Source: Bacillota bacterium (GTDB lineage Bacteria > Bacillota > Limnochordia > DTU087 > JAAYGB01). From it: a stretch of DNA of 64,000 nt. Position numbers and translations under genes: made by a program. The stretch lies in contig JAAYGB010000008.1 of the NCBI GenBank assembly GCA_012727955.1, positions 70,637 through 134,636 on the forward strand, in the 5' to 3' direction. Under the pieces are notes generated by a model. The model had not been told where the DNA came from and did no database searches. It worked only from the letters and a program-made list of their open reading frames with translations. Shown piece after piece: positions 54,578-64,000 of the stretch (positions are counted from its first letter, which is position 1; each line of letters starts with the position of its first letter).

Positions 54578-54654
54578 TTGATACTGTATAGGCCTTTTCC
54601 CTCTTTAGTCAGAAATTCCTTCTCTCTTAGGTAAATTTACCAAAATTCCCATTA

Positions 54655-54692
54655 TAAATAAAAGCGCCCAGCAGAATCTGGGCGCTTTTGCT
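54655..54692. terminator. Bidirectional rho-independent terminator downstream of the Zn-peptidase gene
   Basis: AAATAAAAGCGCCCAGcagaatCTGGGCGCTTTTGC. An 8-bp GC-rich stem flanked by an A-run on one side and a T-run on the other. Confidence 0.75.
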
Positions 54693-54744
54693 TAGCTGTC
54701 TATAGATCTTTGAATCCTATCCTAAACCACCGCCATACCACTGA

Positions 54745-55437
54745 TTAATCGTCTCTGGCTCCCCGTAACAGCAAGAGGCGCACTAACTGTAGCGCCGCCA
54801 TTGCCACAGCGGCAACATAGGTCAAGGCCGCGGCATTCAAGACCCGGCGGGCCTGAGGAACCTCTGAACTGGTAAGAATGCCAGTGCTGCTAAGCAGCTG
54901 AATGGCACGGTAACTGGCATTGAACTCTACCGGCAAAGTAACCACCTGAAAGGCCAAAGCTGCGATAAAGAACCAGATCCCTATGTTCATTAAAGTAGTA
55001 CTGGCAAAGATTAGTCCGATAAAAAACAAAGGAAAGGCCATCTGAGAACCAATACTGGCAATGGGAAACAGGTTATTGCGAATCCCCAAGGGCACATAGT
55101 TCTGGGCGTGCTGGATGGCGTGGCCAGTTTCATGGGCTGCTACCCCCAGGGCTGCCAAGGAAGTGCTTTGGTAAACTTCCTGGGAAAGGCGCATCACACG
55201 ACTTCTGGGATCATAGTGGTCCGTCAAACGACCACCGACCAACTCCACGGGTACATCGTGAAGCCCATGGCGATCCAGCAAGGTACGAGCAACCTGTGCC
55301 CCCGTTAACCCTGACATGGAGCGAACCCGGGAGTACCTCTGAAAAGTACTTTGCACCTTACTTTGGGCATAAAGGGCTAGAATGATGCCCGGAATCAGTA
55401 ACAGGAACGTAGGATCAAAATAGAATGGGAAAAACAT
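54745..55437 (-). CDS. Putative neutral zinc metallopeptidase, membrane-associated (COG2738 family)
   Basis: HETGHAIQH zinc-binding motif, flanked by TM segments. Confidence 0.65.
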   Translation of the reverse strand: MFFPFYFDPTFLLLIPGIILALYAQSKVQSTFQRYSRVRSMSGLTGAQVARTLLDRHGLHDVPVELVGGRLTDHYDPRSRVMRLSQEVYQSTSLAALGVAAHETGHAIQHAQNYVPLGIRNNLFPIASIGSQMAFPLFFIGLIFASTTLMNIGIWFFIAALAFQVVTLPVEFNASYRAIQLLSSTGILTSSEVPQARRVLNAAALTYVAAVAMAALQLVRLLLLRGARDD

Positions 55438-55523
55438 CTTCTCTCCTCCTTCTCATCTCTCCCTGTGAGTTCTCTCTAAAAACAATTATATACTAAGTGC
55501 CCAGAAAACTCCCTACAAATTTG

Positions 55524-56360
55524 TCACCGAGCACTTACGCTTTCCCGGTGATATTTATCACTGGGTACCTTGTCGGCTAAACGAAGAATCGCCTGCTCCA
55601 CTAGTTCCAGATTCACCGTTGTGTTATAGCAGGGCCCGTTGGGGCGCTCATTGGTAACGCCGATCACCAAGAGAGGGCGGGTATCCTGCAATCCGCTGAC
55701 CAAATCCCGCTCACAGGCAATGGCCACCACCGCTCTGGGTCTTATATCTTTCAACAACTTGCGGGCAAGGGTCCCTCCCGTGGCGATAGCAACATGGACA
55801 CCATATCGATCCTTCAAGTCCAGCAGCTTACCTACCCTACACTTACCGCAACGGACACAGTTGGTAACATCTACGGTAACCTTCCGAGGACAATCGGCCC
55901 ATTGCATGCAAATTGGGGCCAAGAGCAAAATCTTGTCGGGAGACACCTGCACCGGCAACCGCTCTGCCAACCGATTGTGCAGCTGAACAAAGGACCCTCG
56001 GATACTATCCCTGTCCACAGCCAATAGTCTCCCTAATGCCACCGCCGGCCGATAGAGTAGGTATAACGCACCACTGGCTATTTTGTACAAGGTGCCCGAA
56101 AAGCTGCCTCTACGACTCAAGAGATAGACAACCGCGATCAATCCAACAAAGGCGATGAGGGCTAATACCGCAAAGGCAACGAAGAGCGAACCCACAAACA
56201 GCTGCTCCCACCGCAAGTCCTGGACCATAACCAAGAGGCTGAGAGCCCCTAAAGTGACCAGGCCCAGACCTACTCCAGCCATAAGCTTTAGGTAGAGTTT
56301 CTCACTACTGCCATTCATTATCGACTTTATGAACCTCCGTTTGCAATGGTTTCTGCCCAA
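55524..56360 (-). CDS. DUF116 family membrane protein
   Basis: N-terminal TM pair, then a Cys-rich region (CMQWADC, CVRCGKC) typical of DUF116. Start uncertain; ATG 56318 is an alternative. Confidence 0.5.
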   Translation of the reverse strand: MGRNHCKRRFIKSIMNGSSEKLYLKLMAGVGLGLVTLGALSLLVMVQDLRWEQLFVGSLFVAFAVLALIAFVGLIAVVYLLSRRGSFSGTLYKIASGALYLLYRPAVALGRLLAVDRDSIRGSFVQLHNRLAERLPVQVSPDKILLLAPICMQWADCPRKVTVDVTNCVRCGKCRVGKLLDLKDRYGVHVAIATGGTLARKLLKDIRPRAVVAIACERDLVSGLQDTRPLLVIGVTNERPNGPCYNTTVNLELVEQAILRLADKVPSDKYHRESVSAR

Positions 56361-56366
56361 CCCTAC

Positions 56367-57317
56367 TTATGGGAGACGCTCTGCCCTAAATCTTTGTCCC
56401 GGCTCTAGGCGATACCCGTTAGCAAAGTCCACTCCCGACATCTTACTCCGATTTTCCGGTTGCACCGTCACCAGTCTCACAGATCCAGGGGCGGCCGCTA
56501 CCTCTACTCCACCGTTGTCAACCTTGACGATGGTCCCCTTCTCCACCTCGCCTAGCTCGTCCCCATCATCAGCAACCTCTACCTGCAGAATCTTCACCAT
56601 CGTATCTCCCAGGTAGGAGAAGGCCCCGGGCCAGGGCTGCATACCCCGGACGAAATCACGGATCCGGTTGGCAGGTTGATTCCAATCAATGAGTCCATCT
56701 TCCTTGCGAAGCATTGAAACATAATTTGCCTCATCATGATCCTGAGGCCTGGCGGTAACGGTGCCATCGGCCAAGCCCGCCAAGGTTCGAATCAGCAAAT
56801 CGGCGCCAAGGACTGCCAACTTGTCATGGAGAGTTCCGGCGGTGTCCTCGCCGGTGATCTCCACCGTTTCCTGCAGCAAAATATCTCCGGTATCCCACCC
56901 TTCATCCATCAGCATGGTGGTTACCCCAGTTTCTTTGTTTCCATCGATGATAGCCCAGTGAATGGGCGATGCCCCTCGATACTTGGGAAGCAAAGAACCA
57001 TGGACATTGATGCAACCGTAAGGGGGAAGGGATAGAATCGAAGGTGGGATCTTCTGCCCGAAAGCAACCACTACAATAACCTCCGGTGCCAGAGCTTTCA
57101 GCTCTTCCACTACCGCTGGGTCAGCCACCCGCTGTGGCTGTAGCACCGGAATATTGTGGGAAACAGCTAACCTTTTCACCGGCGATTGCCGTACAGACTG
57201 ACCACGACCGGCGGGACGATCTGGCTGGGTGACTACCCCGACTACTTCGTGGTGCTCCATCAATGCCTGTAACGACGGCACCGCAAAATCCGGTGTTCCC
57301 ATAAATACAGCCCGCAT
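56367..57317 (-). CDS. fmt: Methionyl-tRNA formyltransferase
   Basis: MRAVFMGTPDFAVPSL N-terminus with SLLPKYRG and HW motifs. Start ATG 57317 with GGGGAG RBS. Confidence 0.9.
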   Translation of the reverse strand: MRAVFMGTPDFAVPSLQALMEHHEVVGVVTQPDRPAGRGQSVRQSPVKRLAVSHNIPVLQPQRVADPAVVEELKALAPEVIVVVAFGQKIPPSILSLPPYGCINVHGSLLPKYRGASPIHWAIIDGNKETGVTTMLMDEGWDTGDILLQETVEITGEDTAGTLHDKLAVLGADLLIRTLAGLADGTVTARPQDHDEANYVSMLRKEDGLIDWNQPANRIRDFVRGMQPWPGAFSYLGDTMVKILQVEVADDGDELGEVEKGTIVKVDNGGVEVAAAPGSVRLVTVQPENRSKMSGVDFANGYRLEPGQRFRAERLP

Positions 57318-57321
57318 TACC

Positions 57322-57804
57322 TCACTCCCCTTCGGAATCCTCTTCAACTTTCACTTCAACTAATTTATCGATAAATAGAACTCCATCTAGATGATCAATC
57401 TCGTGTTGGAAAATTCTGGCGGGATATCCCGAGACCCGATAGCGTACCGGCTTGCCATCTTCTTGCCACCCCGAGACGACAATTTCCGTAGCCCGCTGGA
57501 CATATCCGCGCTTACCGGGGATGCTCAAACACCCCTCTACGTCAATATCCTGGTCCTGGCTCATCTCATCGATGACGGGGTTGAACAAGGCGACAATCTC
57601 ATCGCCGGTGTCCACCACAATGATCCGCTCGGAAATACCAATTTGGGGAGCAGCCAGTCCAATTCCTTCCGCGGCGTGCATAGTCTGGATCATGTCCTTG
57701 ATCAATTTCCGATGCCTCTTGGTGATCTTAGCAACGGGTTTCGCCACTTGGCGCAGAATTGGATCGCCATCCTCACGAATTTCTAGTACAGCCAAATATT
57801 GCAT
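57322..57804 (-). CDS. def: Peptide deformylase
   Basis: GIGLAAPQIG, EGCLS and QHEIDHL motifs. Start ATG 57804 after a GGAGAGGAG RBS. Confidence 0.9.
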   Translation of the reverse strand: MQYLAVLEIREDGDPILRQVAKPVAKITKRHRKLIKDMIQTMHAAEGIGLAAPQIGISERIIVVDTGDEIVALFNPVIDEMSQDQDIDVEGCLSIPGKRGYVQRATEIVVSGWQEDGKPVRYRVSGYPARIFQHEIDHLDGVLFIDKLVEVKVEEDSEGE

Positions 57805-57840
57805 CTCCTCTCCAAACTTAGCTAGCAAACCTAGCCAGTA

Positions 57841-60294
57841 TTACAGTAAAGATATCGGATCTATATCAACGGATACCCGGAGGTTCTCCTCCCTATCGTA
57901 TGCCCCATTATTGACCATGTCAAACAAATCCTCTAGCTCTGGGCGCCGGGGATGCTTCACCAGCACATGCCATCGGTAACGTCCCTTAAGCTTCGACAAA
58001 GGCGCTGGAGCCGGGCCTAAAATCTCGACCCCTTCCCCCAGACCACCTTGCACCCATCCCCGACAGCGCTGGGCGATCTCCTCCGCTCGCTGCATCGTCA
58101 GCCTTTCATCGGGACCACTGACCAAGACCCTCCCCAACAGGGTAAAGGGAGGATAGTTCAGTCGCTCCCTAAACTCCAGCTCTTGGCGAACAAACAGCTC
58201 ATAGTCATGGCCTTCAGCCGCGATAATGCTGTAGTGATCCGGTGTGTAGGTTTGTATCACCACTTCTCCGGGAACACCTCCCCGACCAGCCCTTCCCGCG
58301 ACCTGAGTGAGCAGCTGAAAGGTTCTTTCGCCGGCACGAAAATCCGGCAGGTTCAAGGCAGTGTCCGCCGTCACCACACCGACCAAACTGACTCCCGGAA
58401 AATCTAAACCCTTGGCAATCATTTGTGTCCCGACAAGAAAGTCCGCTTGCCTGCGCTCAAACTGACCCAAGATCCGCTCATGGGCTCCCTTAGTGCGAGT
58501 GGTATCTACGTCCATGCGCAGGATTCGAGCCTGGGGAAATTCCTTGGCCAATTCCGCGGTGACTCGTTCCGTCCCCGCGCCAAAGGGCCGCAGATACTTG
58601 CCACCACACTCTGGGCAATGGCTCGGAAGCAGCTCATGATGACCACAATAATGACATACAACGGAGTTTTCCAGGTGATGCAAGGTCAAAGAGACCCGGC
58701 AATTGGGACAACCCAGTACCGCGCCGCACTCACGACACAAAACAAAAGAAGCGAAGCCCCGCCGGTTAAGCAGCAGAATCCCTTGATTGCCCTCTTCAAG
58801 GCAGGCCTCGAGAGCTGAGCGCAACCTAGCGCTAAACATGCTGCGATTCCCTTGCTTCATCTCCTCTCGCATGTCAACAATCTCAACGGGAGGAAGCTGC
58901 CGACCATCAAATCGCTCTCTCATCTCCAGCAGGGTATAGGCTCCCTGTTGACTGTGCCAATAGGATTCGACGCTAGGGGTGGCACTGCCCAAAACCACCG
59001 TAGCTCCTGTGATCTGAGCCCGAAATATTGCTACATCCCGGGCGTGATAGCGAGGACTTTCCTCCTGTTTGTAGGAGGTTTCATGTTCTTCATCGATAAC
59101 AATAACCCCTAGATCGGTAAGGGGTGCGAAAACAGCCGACCGCGCGCCCACCACCACCCGCACCCGTTGATTGCGAATTCGTCGCCATTCATCGTATCGC
59201 TCCCCCAAGGAAAGCCTGCTGTGCAGGACAGCCACATCGGTCCCAAAGCGTTCCTTGAAGCGCCGTACTGTCTGTGGGGTCAAGGAGATCTCCGGTACCA
59301 AACAAATAGCTGTCTTCCTTTGTTGGAGCGCCCTTTCAATCAAGCGCAGATACACCTCGGTCTTGCCACTGCCGGTGACACCGTGTAAGAGGAAGGTCTG
59401 TCCCTTGCTCTGATCCAAACTGGCAAAGAGTTCCTCCAAAGCCCGTTGCTGCCAGGGGTTGGGAGTGACTTCCGGTGGACGGTGAAAGTGACGATGGCTG
59501 TAAGGGTCTCGCCTTTCCTCCTGGGGAGTGACTTTCACCAGGCCTTTATTCTTCAAGGCCGTTACCGTAGCATGGGTGGTTTCTGCCCGTCGGGCCAATT
59601 CCGTCGGTGAATACCGGCCATCGTTGGTGGCCAGAACCCGCATCACTTGGGCCTGCTTGGGAGCCTTTACTGCCAGCTGGGCAATCACCCCTTCTACATC
59701 ATCCACCCCATCGGCCAACCAGCAGCGATTAACCAATTTCGGCTTCACCTTAGGGTCAAGCCAAAGATAGTCCCAGCGTACCAGATCCCGCTGGAGCAAT
59801 TCAGCAATGGCCGGACCTTGGTTGACCAACTCTGAATGGACAATCCCATCGGGATGCTCCTTGAGATACTCCAGCAGCTGGTTTGCCCCATCGGCGATAT
59901 CCTTGGGAATGTCGCCGGCGGCAGCGGCGTCGGTGAGCCTGAGTGCTCTTACCGCGGTAATATGAATGCCGGCAGGCACCATCGCCCTGATCCCATCGAT
60001 CAACAAGCACTGATATCGCTGCGCCATCCAGCGAGCAAGCTCCACTTGCTCCGGAGTGAGCAGAGGCTTTGCGTCAACCAGACCATGAATTTCTCTAGTT
60101 GCCGACACCCCTGGTTCTGGAGGAAAGCCAACGACATAACCGGTCACCCTTCGCCTTCCAAAGGGAACAAACACCCGGTGACCCAGCTGAATCGAATCCA
60201 CCAAGGCCTCAGGTATCTCGTAATCGAAGGGGCGATTCACCCTCCGATTGGTAACGTCAACAACTACCGACGCATATTGCTTTCTCGGCCTCAT
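57841..60294 (-). CDS. priA: Primosomal protein N' (PriA helicase)
   Basis: Helicase motifs (GVTGSGKTEVY, DEEH) and the Cys-rich zinc-binding insertion. Confidence 0.9.
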   Translation of the reverse strand: MRPRKQYASVVVDVTNRRVNRPFDYEIPEALVDSIQLGHRVFVPFGRRRVTGYVVGFPPEPGVSATREIHGLVDAKPLLTPEQVELARWMAQRYQCLLIDGIRAMVPAGIHITAVRALRLTDAAAAGDIPKDIADGANQLLEYLKEHPDGIVHSELVNQGPAIAELLQRDLVRWDYLWLDPKVKPKLVNRCWLADGVDDVEGVIAQLAVKAPKQAQVMRVLATNDGRYSPTELARRAETTHATVTALKNKGLVKVTPQEERRDPYSHRHFHRPPEVTPNPWQQRALEELFASLDQSKGQTFLLHGVTGSGKTEVYLRLIERALQQRKTAICLVPEISLTPQTVRRFKERFGTDVAVLHSRLSLGERYDEWRRIRNQRVRVVVGARSAVFAPLTDLGVIVIDEEHETSYKQEESPRYHARDVAIFRAQITGATVVLGSATPSVESYWHSQQGAYTLLEMRERFDGRQLPPVEIVDMREEMKQGNRSMFSARLRSALEACLEEGNQGILLLNRRGFASFVLCRECGAVLGCPNCRVSLTLHHLENSVVCHYCGHHELLPSHCPECGGKYLRPFGAGTERVTAELAKEFPQARILRMDVDTTRTKGAHERILGQFERRQADFLVGTQMIAKGLDFPGVSLVGVVTADTALNLPDFRAGERTFQLLTQVAGRAGRGGVPGEVVIQTYTPDHYSIIAAEGHDYELFVRQELEFRERLNYPPFTLLGRVLVSGPDERLTMQRAEEIAQRCRGWVQGGLGEGVEILGPAPAPLSKLKGRYRWHVLVKHPRRPELEDLFDMVNNGAYDREENLRVSVDIDPISLL

Positions 60295-60407
60295 AGTAAC
60301 ACCGTCTTTACTTCCACATTCCTCAACTCTCTTCCTCTTACCCGCAAACCAAGAAAAAACCTGCCTCAGCCAAGGGCTGTGACAGGTTACGTCCCTGCAA
60401 TCTGTCG

Positions 60408-60614
60408 CTATTTAATGCCTTCCCTGACCCGATGGTAGTTAACCTTCCCCTCAGCCATTTCACTGAGGGCGATGGTGACAGGTTTATTGGAGTCAACTTC
60501 CACCATGGGCTTGGACCCTTCCAGAAGCTGACGGGCTCGCTTCGCGGTGGCCACAACTAAGGTATATCGACTGTCTACGTGTTTTAGTAATTCTCCTAGA
60601 GGTGGTTGTTTCAT
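60408..60614 (-). CDS. rpoZ: DNA-directed RNA polymerase subunit omega
   Basis: SRYTLVVATAKRARQL motif. Position downstream of gmk. Confidence 0.85.
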   Translation of the reverse strand: MKQPPLGELLKHVDSRYTLVVATAKRARQLLEGSKPMVEVDSNKPVTIALSEMAEGKVNYHRVREGIK

Positions 60615-61240
60615 AAATCCTGCCCCTCCTTATCCAAAATCCTCTGCATAGAGAGATAATAATCAGTTCTGGCAACTTTACACTGTTCCGCGGTGATAAT
60701 CGCGCTGAGCTGCTGAGCGGCATCCTCTACCCGCTCATTTACTATCGCGTAGTCATAGGCTACGCCTTCCTTTAGCTCGTCATAGGCGGCGGCCAATCTG
60801 CGGTCAATGGCCTCGGAAGTCTCAGTATCCCGCCCCCGCAGTCGGGCCTCCAACTCGGTGATGGTCGGCGGCAAAAGAAACACTAGGACCGCATCAGGCA
60901 TCCGCTCTCGAATCTGCTTGGCCCCTTGGATATCTACGTCCATGACCACGACGTAACCCTTCGCCAAATGTTCTTCTACGAAGGACCGTGGTGTGCCGTA
61001 TTTGTGCCCAACGAACTCCGCCCACTCCAGGAGTTGTCCCTGCTCGATGGCGGTCTGAAAGGCTTCCTCCGACAGGAAAAAGTAATTAACCCCATCAACT
61101 TCATGGGGCCTTTTCGGACGAGTGGTAGCGGAAACCGAATAGACCAAGTCATTACGTAGTTGCATTGTTGCATTTAGTACAGTGTTCTTACCGACTCCCG
61201 ATGGTCCCGACAGGACCAGCAGAAAGCCCTTTTCATTCAA
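60611..61240 (-). CDS. gmk: Guanylate kinase
   Basis: GPSGVGKNT P-loop. Start TTG 61240 with GGGGATAGG RBS. The ORF-track ATG 61276 would overlap remA by 17 nt. Confidence 0.9.
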   Translation of the reverse strand: MNEKGFLLVLSGPSGVGKNTVLNATMQLRNDLVYSVSATTRPKRPHEVDGVNYFFLSEEAFQTAIEQGQLLEWAEFVGHKYGTPRSFVEEHLAKGYVVVMDVDIQGAKQIRERMPDAVLVFLLPPTITELEARLRGRDTETSEAIDRRLAAAYDELKEGVAYDYAIVNERVEDAAQQLSAIITAEQCKVARTDYYLSMQRILDKEGQDL

Positions 61241-61259
61241 TCGCAAAACCCTATCCCCT

Positions 61260-61532
61260 TTAGTCAATAGGCTCACCAGCGCCTTCTCGAGAATTCAGGC
61301 GGTGGGCCACTGTCTCTGGTTGAACCGCTGACAAAATAATGTGTTCGCTATCGGTAATGATTACCGCTCTGGTCCGTCGACCATAGGTGGCGTCGATCAA
61401 TCGGCCTCGCTCTCGAGCATCCTGGATCAACCGTTTGATTGGTGCCGACTCAGGACTGACGATAGCCACCAAACGGTTTGCGGCAACGACGTTGCCAAAT
61501 CCAATATTGATCAGTGTAATCAACTGCTCCAC
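61260..61532 (-). CDS. remA: DUF370 protein RemA/YlzA family
   Basis: About 90 aa, highly conserved pattern ([30 protein letters not shown]). Position upstream of gmk as in Bacilli. Confidence 0.8.
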   Translation of the reverse strand: MEQLITLINIGFGNVVAANRLVAIVSPESAPIKRLIQDARERGRLIDATYGRRTRAVIITDSEHIILSAVQPETVAHRLNSREGAGEPID

Positions 61533-61581
61533 TGCTCCCTTTCACAAAAGCGGTAATAACTATCCAGCTCTTGATACCTAT

Positions 61582-62451
61582 CTATTCTATATTCTGGACT
61601 TGTTCACGGATTTTCTCCAATTCCGCCTTCCCCTCAACCACCAGCTGAGATGCCGTCGAGTCGTTGGCCTTTGATGCAGTGGTGTTTAGTTCCCGTTGAA
61701 TCTCCTGAATCAGAAAATCCAACTTCCGACCAATGGGGCCCTCCTGTTGGAGAATGGTCCGAAACTGATTAAGGTGACTGTCCAGTCTAACCAGTTCCTC
61801 CGTCACGTTGGTCTTGTCAGCAAAAATCGCCACCTCAAGGGCCAAACGCTCCTCATCAACGGGCACCTGCTGCACCAGCTCTGCCACCCGCTCCTTGAGC
61901 TTCTGGTGGTAACTGGCCACTACCTTGGGAGCCTGTTCCCGCAGCTGCTGCGTCAAGGCTTCTAGTTTGGCAACCCGTTGCAGGATATCCTGGGCCAAAG
62001 CTTCACCCTCCCGGGCCCGCATCGCCAACAGGTTATCCAAAGCCCGATGCATCGCTTCCCGCAGCGTCGGTTCCACATCTTCCGGGGCCACAGATTCTGG
62101 AATCAAAACATCGGGTTGTTGTAAAATATGCTCACCCCGGGCCTGGTAATGGATCCCCAGGGTCTTCTCCAGTTCCTTCAGGGCAGCCTCATAGCCTTTA
62201 ACTAGGCCCCAATCGATGGTCACAGTTCTATTTGTGTCGGCAAAATCCTCCACGGTGACCACTATTTCCGCTCTCCCACGATGAAGACGCTGGGATACTT
62301 CTTGCCTGACCACATCTTCAAAGCTCATGAAACCCCGGGGAACTCGGATAAAAAAATCTAGGTACCGGTGATTGACCGTCTTGATCTCTACGGTCACCCG
62401 AACCTTATCCTCTGCAACCCCCATACCATAGCCTGTCATACTGAACGCCAT
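61582..62451 (-). CDS. yloC: YicC/YloC family stress-induced protein
   Basis: N-terminal MTGYG...VEIKTVNHRYLD motif, C-terminal coiled domain. Confidence 0.8.
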   Translation of the reverse strand: MAFSMTGYGMGVAEDKVRVTVEIKTVNHRYLDFFIRVPRGFMSFEDVVRQEVSQRLHRGRAEIVVTVEDFADTNRTVTIDWGLVKGYEAALKELEKTLGIHYQARGEHILQQPDVLIPESVAPEDVEPTLREAMHRALDNLLAMRAREGEALAQDILQRVAKLEALTQQLREQAPKVVASYHQKLKERVAELVQQVPVDEERLALEVAIFADKTNVTEELVRLDSHLNQFRTILQQEGPIGRKLDFLIQEIQRELNTTASKANDSTASQLVVEGKAELEKIREQVQNIE

Positions 62452-62618
62452 TAGCTACATCACCTTACAAAGTCGACGGAAGGACCCAATAGGAATCCCT
62501 TGGTTCCCATTGAGCCCCCTTTGCCAACAAAAATACGTACTCTAAGTACCAATGTGGACCTAAGGAGCACAAACAATGCTTAGTGTAAGATTTCCCCAAT
62601 CGTGCTGGCCTTTCCTGC

Positions 62619-64000
62619 TCATTTGAGGACTTCCTGCCCCACCGTCACCGTCGCCACCCGACGGGAAAACAAAGAACGGATCCCCCGCAGGATAATATCG
62701 GCAACAATCGACCAGCCAGAGAAAATCAAGACGATCTGCCAATGCTGCCAGCCAAGGGCAACGGTCTTAAACACCGGCTGCAGCCAGGGTAAGTACATCA
62801 CAGCTATTTGCATACCTAGAGAAATTAGAACCGCGATCACTAGGTAAGGATTAGTGAAAAGGCCGACCTCTAGAATTCCTCGATCTTCAGACCGGCACTG
62901 AAAGACAAAAAAGAGCTGGGACATTACCAAGGTGGTAAAGGCCATCGTCCGGGCAATATCCAGGTCACGTGAATTCATGAAAAGCTCATAGACAAACACC
63001 AACAAGGTACAGGTTCCAATGAGAAAGCCTCGAACCAGGATTTTTACATGCAAACCCCGAGAAAATACTCCTTCATCGGCATCACGGGGTGGGCGCTGCA
63101 TCACCGAAGGATGCACCGGGTCAACGCCTAAAGCGATTGCGGGAAGACCATCGGTCACCAGATTCATCCACAGAATCTGAATCGGCACCAAGGGCAAGGG
63201 CAAGGACAGCATTGTCGCCAGGAACATGGTCAAGACCTCACCAACGTTGCAGCCCAGCAGGTAACGGATAAACTTGCGGATGTTATCGTAAATTCCTCGA
63301 CCTTCTTCCACAGCCGCGACGATGGTAGCGAAGTTGTCATCGGCCAGTACCATATCCGACGCCTCTTTAGTCACATCGGTACCATTAATTCCCATACTCA
63401 CACCGATATCCGCTTCCTTGATGGCTGGAGCATCATTGACCCCATCACCGGTCATAGCTACCACTTCACCGTCGGCCTTCAAGGCTCTGACTATCCGTAG
63501 TTTGTGCCGAGGGGAAACCCGGGCAAATACCGATGTTGTCCGCAGTACCTGCCGCAGCTCTTCATCGCTCATGGCATCGATGGCTGTTCCGGCCAGGCCC
63601 CTTTGTCCCGACTTGATCAGACCCAACTGGAGGGCAACGGCTTCCGCGGTCTGGAGATGATCACCGGTCACCATGATGGTGCGAATTCCCGCCTCAGCTG
63701 CAACTCTAATCGCCTGTCTAGCCTCTGGTCGCGGTGGATCTATCATACCCACTAGCCCAACCAATACCAGCTGCGATTCCACCTCTGATTCCACCCAATC
63801 CCGTCTTCTGCTCCTGTCGGAGGGAAGCTCTCGATAGGCTAAGGCCAAGACCCGAAGGGCTCCCTGAGCCATGGATTCATTAATCCGGCGCATCTGCCTC
63901 AGATCACTGGCAGTGATGGGACGGACTCGCCCGCCATCCTGAACTCGATTGCACAGCGGAAGGATCACGTCAGGGGCACCCTTGACCCAAGCCAATACCC
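62619..64000 (-). CDS. Cation-transporting P-type ATPase (Ca2+-ATPase, YloB-like), C-terminal part; N-terminus beyond window end
   Basis: MVTGDHLQTAEAVALQLGLI, GDGVNDAPA and VSPRHK motifs, plus C-terminal TM helices. The ORF continues past position 64000. Confidence 0.85.
   Translation of the reverse strand, partial: VLAWVKGAPDVILPLCNRVQDGGRVRPITASDLRQMRRINESMAQGALRVLALAYRELPSDRSRRRDWVESEVESQLVLVGLVGMIDPPRPEARQAIRVAAEAGIRTIMVTGDHLQTAEAVALQLGLIKSGQRGLAGTAIDAMSDEELRQVLRTTSVFARVSPRHKLRIVRALKADGEVVAMTGDGVNDAPAIKEADIGVSMGINGTDVTKEASDMVLADDNFATIVAAVEEGRGIYDNIRKFIRYLLGCNVGEVLTMFLATMLSLPLPLVPIQILWMNLVTDGLPAIALGVDPVHPSVMQRPPRDADEGVFSRGLHVKILVRGFLIGTCTLLVFVYELFMNSRDLDIARTMAFTTLVMSQLFFVFQCRSEDRGILEVGLFTNPYLVIAVLISLGMQIAVMYLPWLQPVFKTVALGWQHWQIVLIFSGWSIVADIILRGIRSLFSRRVATVTVGQEVLK

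Overview
This 64-kb window looks like a moderately GC-rich chromosomal segment from an endospore-forming, Firmicute-type bacterium. That reading rests on the presence of spo0A, a SigH-like sigma factor, and gene order matching the Bacillus subtilis ylq/ylo/fap regions. Nearly every gene is on the minus strand.

The housekeeping backbone runs as follows. An HD-GYP protein (partial) is followed by rnhB, rbgA, lepB, rplS, trmD, rimM, ylqD, khpA, rpsP, ffh, ylxM, ftsY and smc. Next come a small Gly-rich protein and a SigH-like sigma factor, then rnc, fabF, acpP, fabG, fabD, fabH, plsX and fapR (with a FapR box), rpmF and yceD. After that are a PG-binding protein, the divergent ylbJ, coaD, rsmD, recG, fakB (degV), fakA (yloV), asp23 (yloU), the divergent rpmB, and thiN-thiT under a TPP riboswitch.

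An accessory locus of about 11 kb (32.4 to 43.4 kb) encoding a Tad/Flp pilus follows. It contains two Flp pilins shorter than 60 aa (absent from the ORF track), prepilin peptidase CpaA, two TadE-like proteins and a TadG-like protein, an unknown 390-aa protein, CpaB, a CpaC secretin carrying seven tandem BON-like repeats, a fused TadZ(CpaE)-TadA(CpaF) ATPase, TadB and TadC.

The backbone then resumes with rpe, rsgA, prkC, pbpA, rodA, prpC, two FHA proteins, rlmN, an integrase-N-like small ORF, tRNA-Pro(CGG), spo0A, a Zn-peptidase, a DUF116 protein, fmt, def, priA, rpoZ, gmk, remA, yicC and a partial P-type ATPase.

The ORF track accepts GTG/TTG starts, and many of its starts are over-extended; corrected starts are given wherever an RBS or homolog N-terminus supports them. 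No CRISPR array, rRNA gene or transposase was seen.
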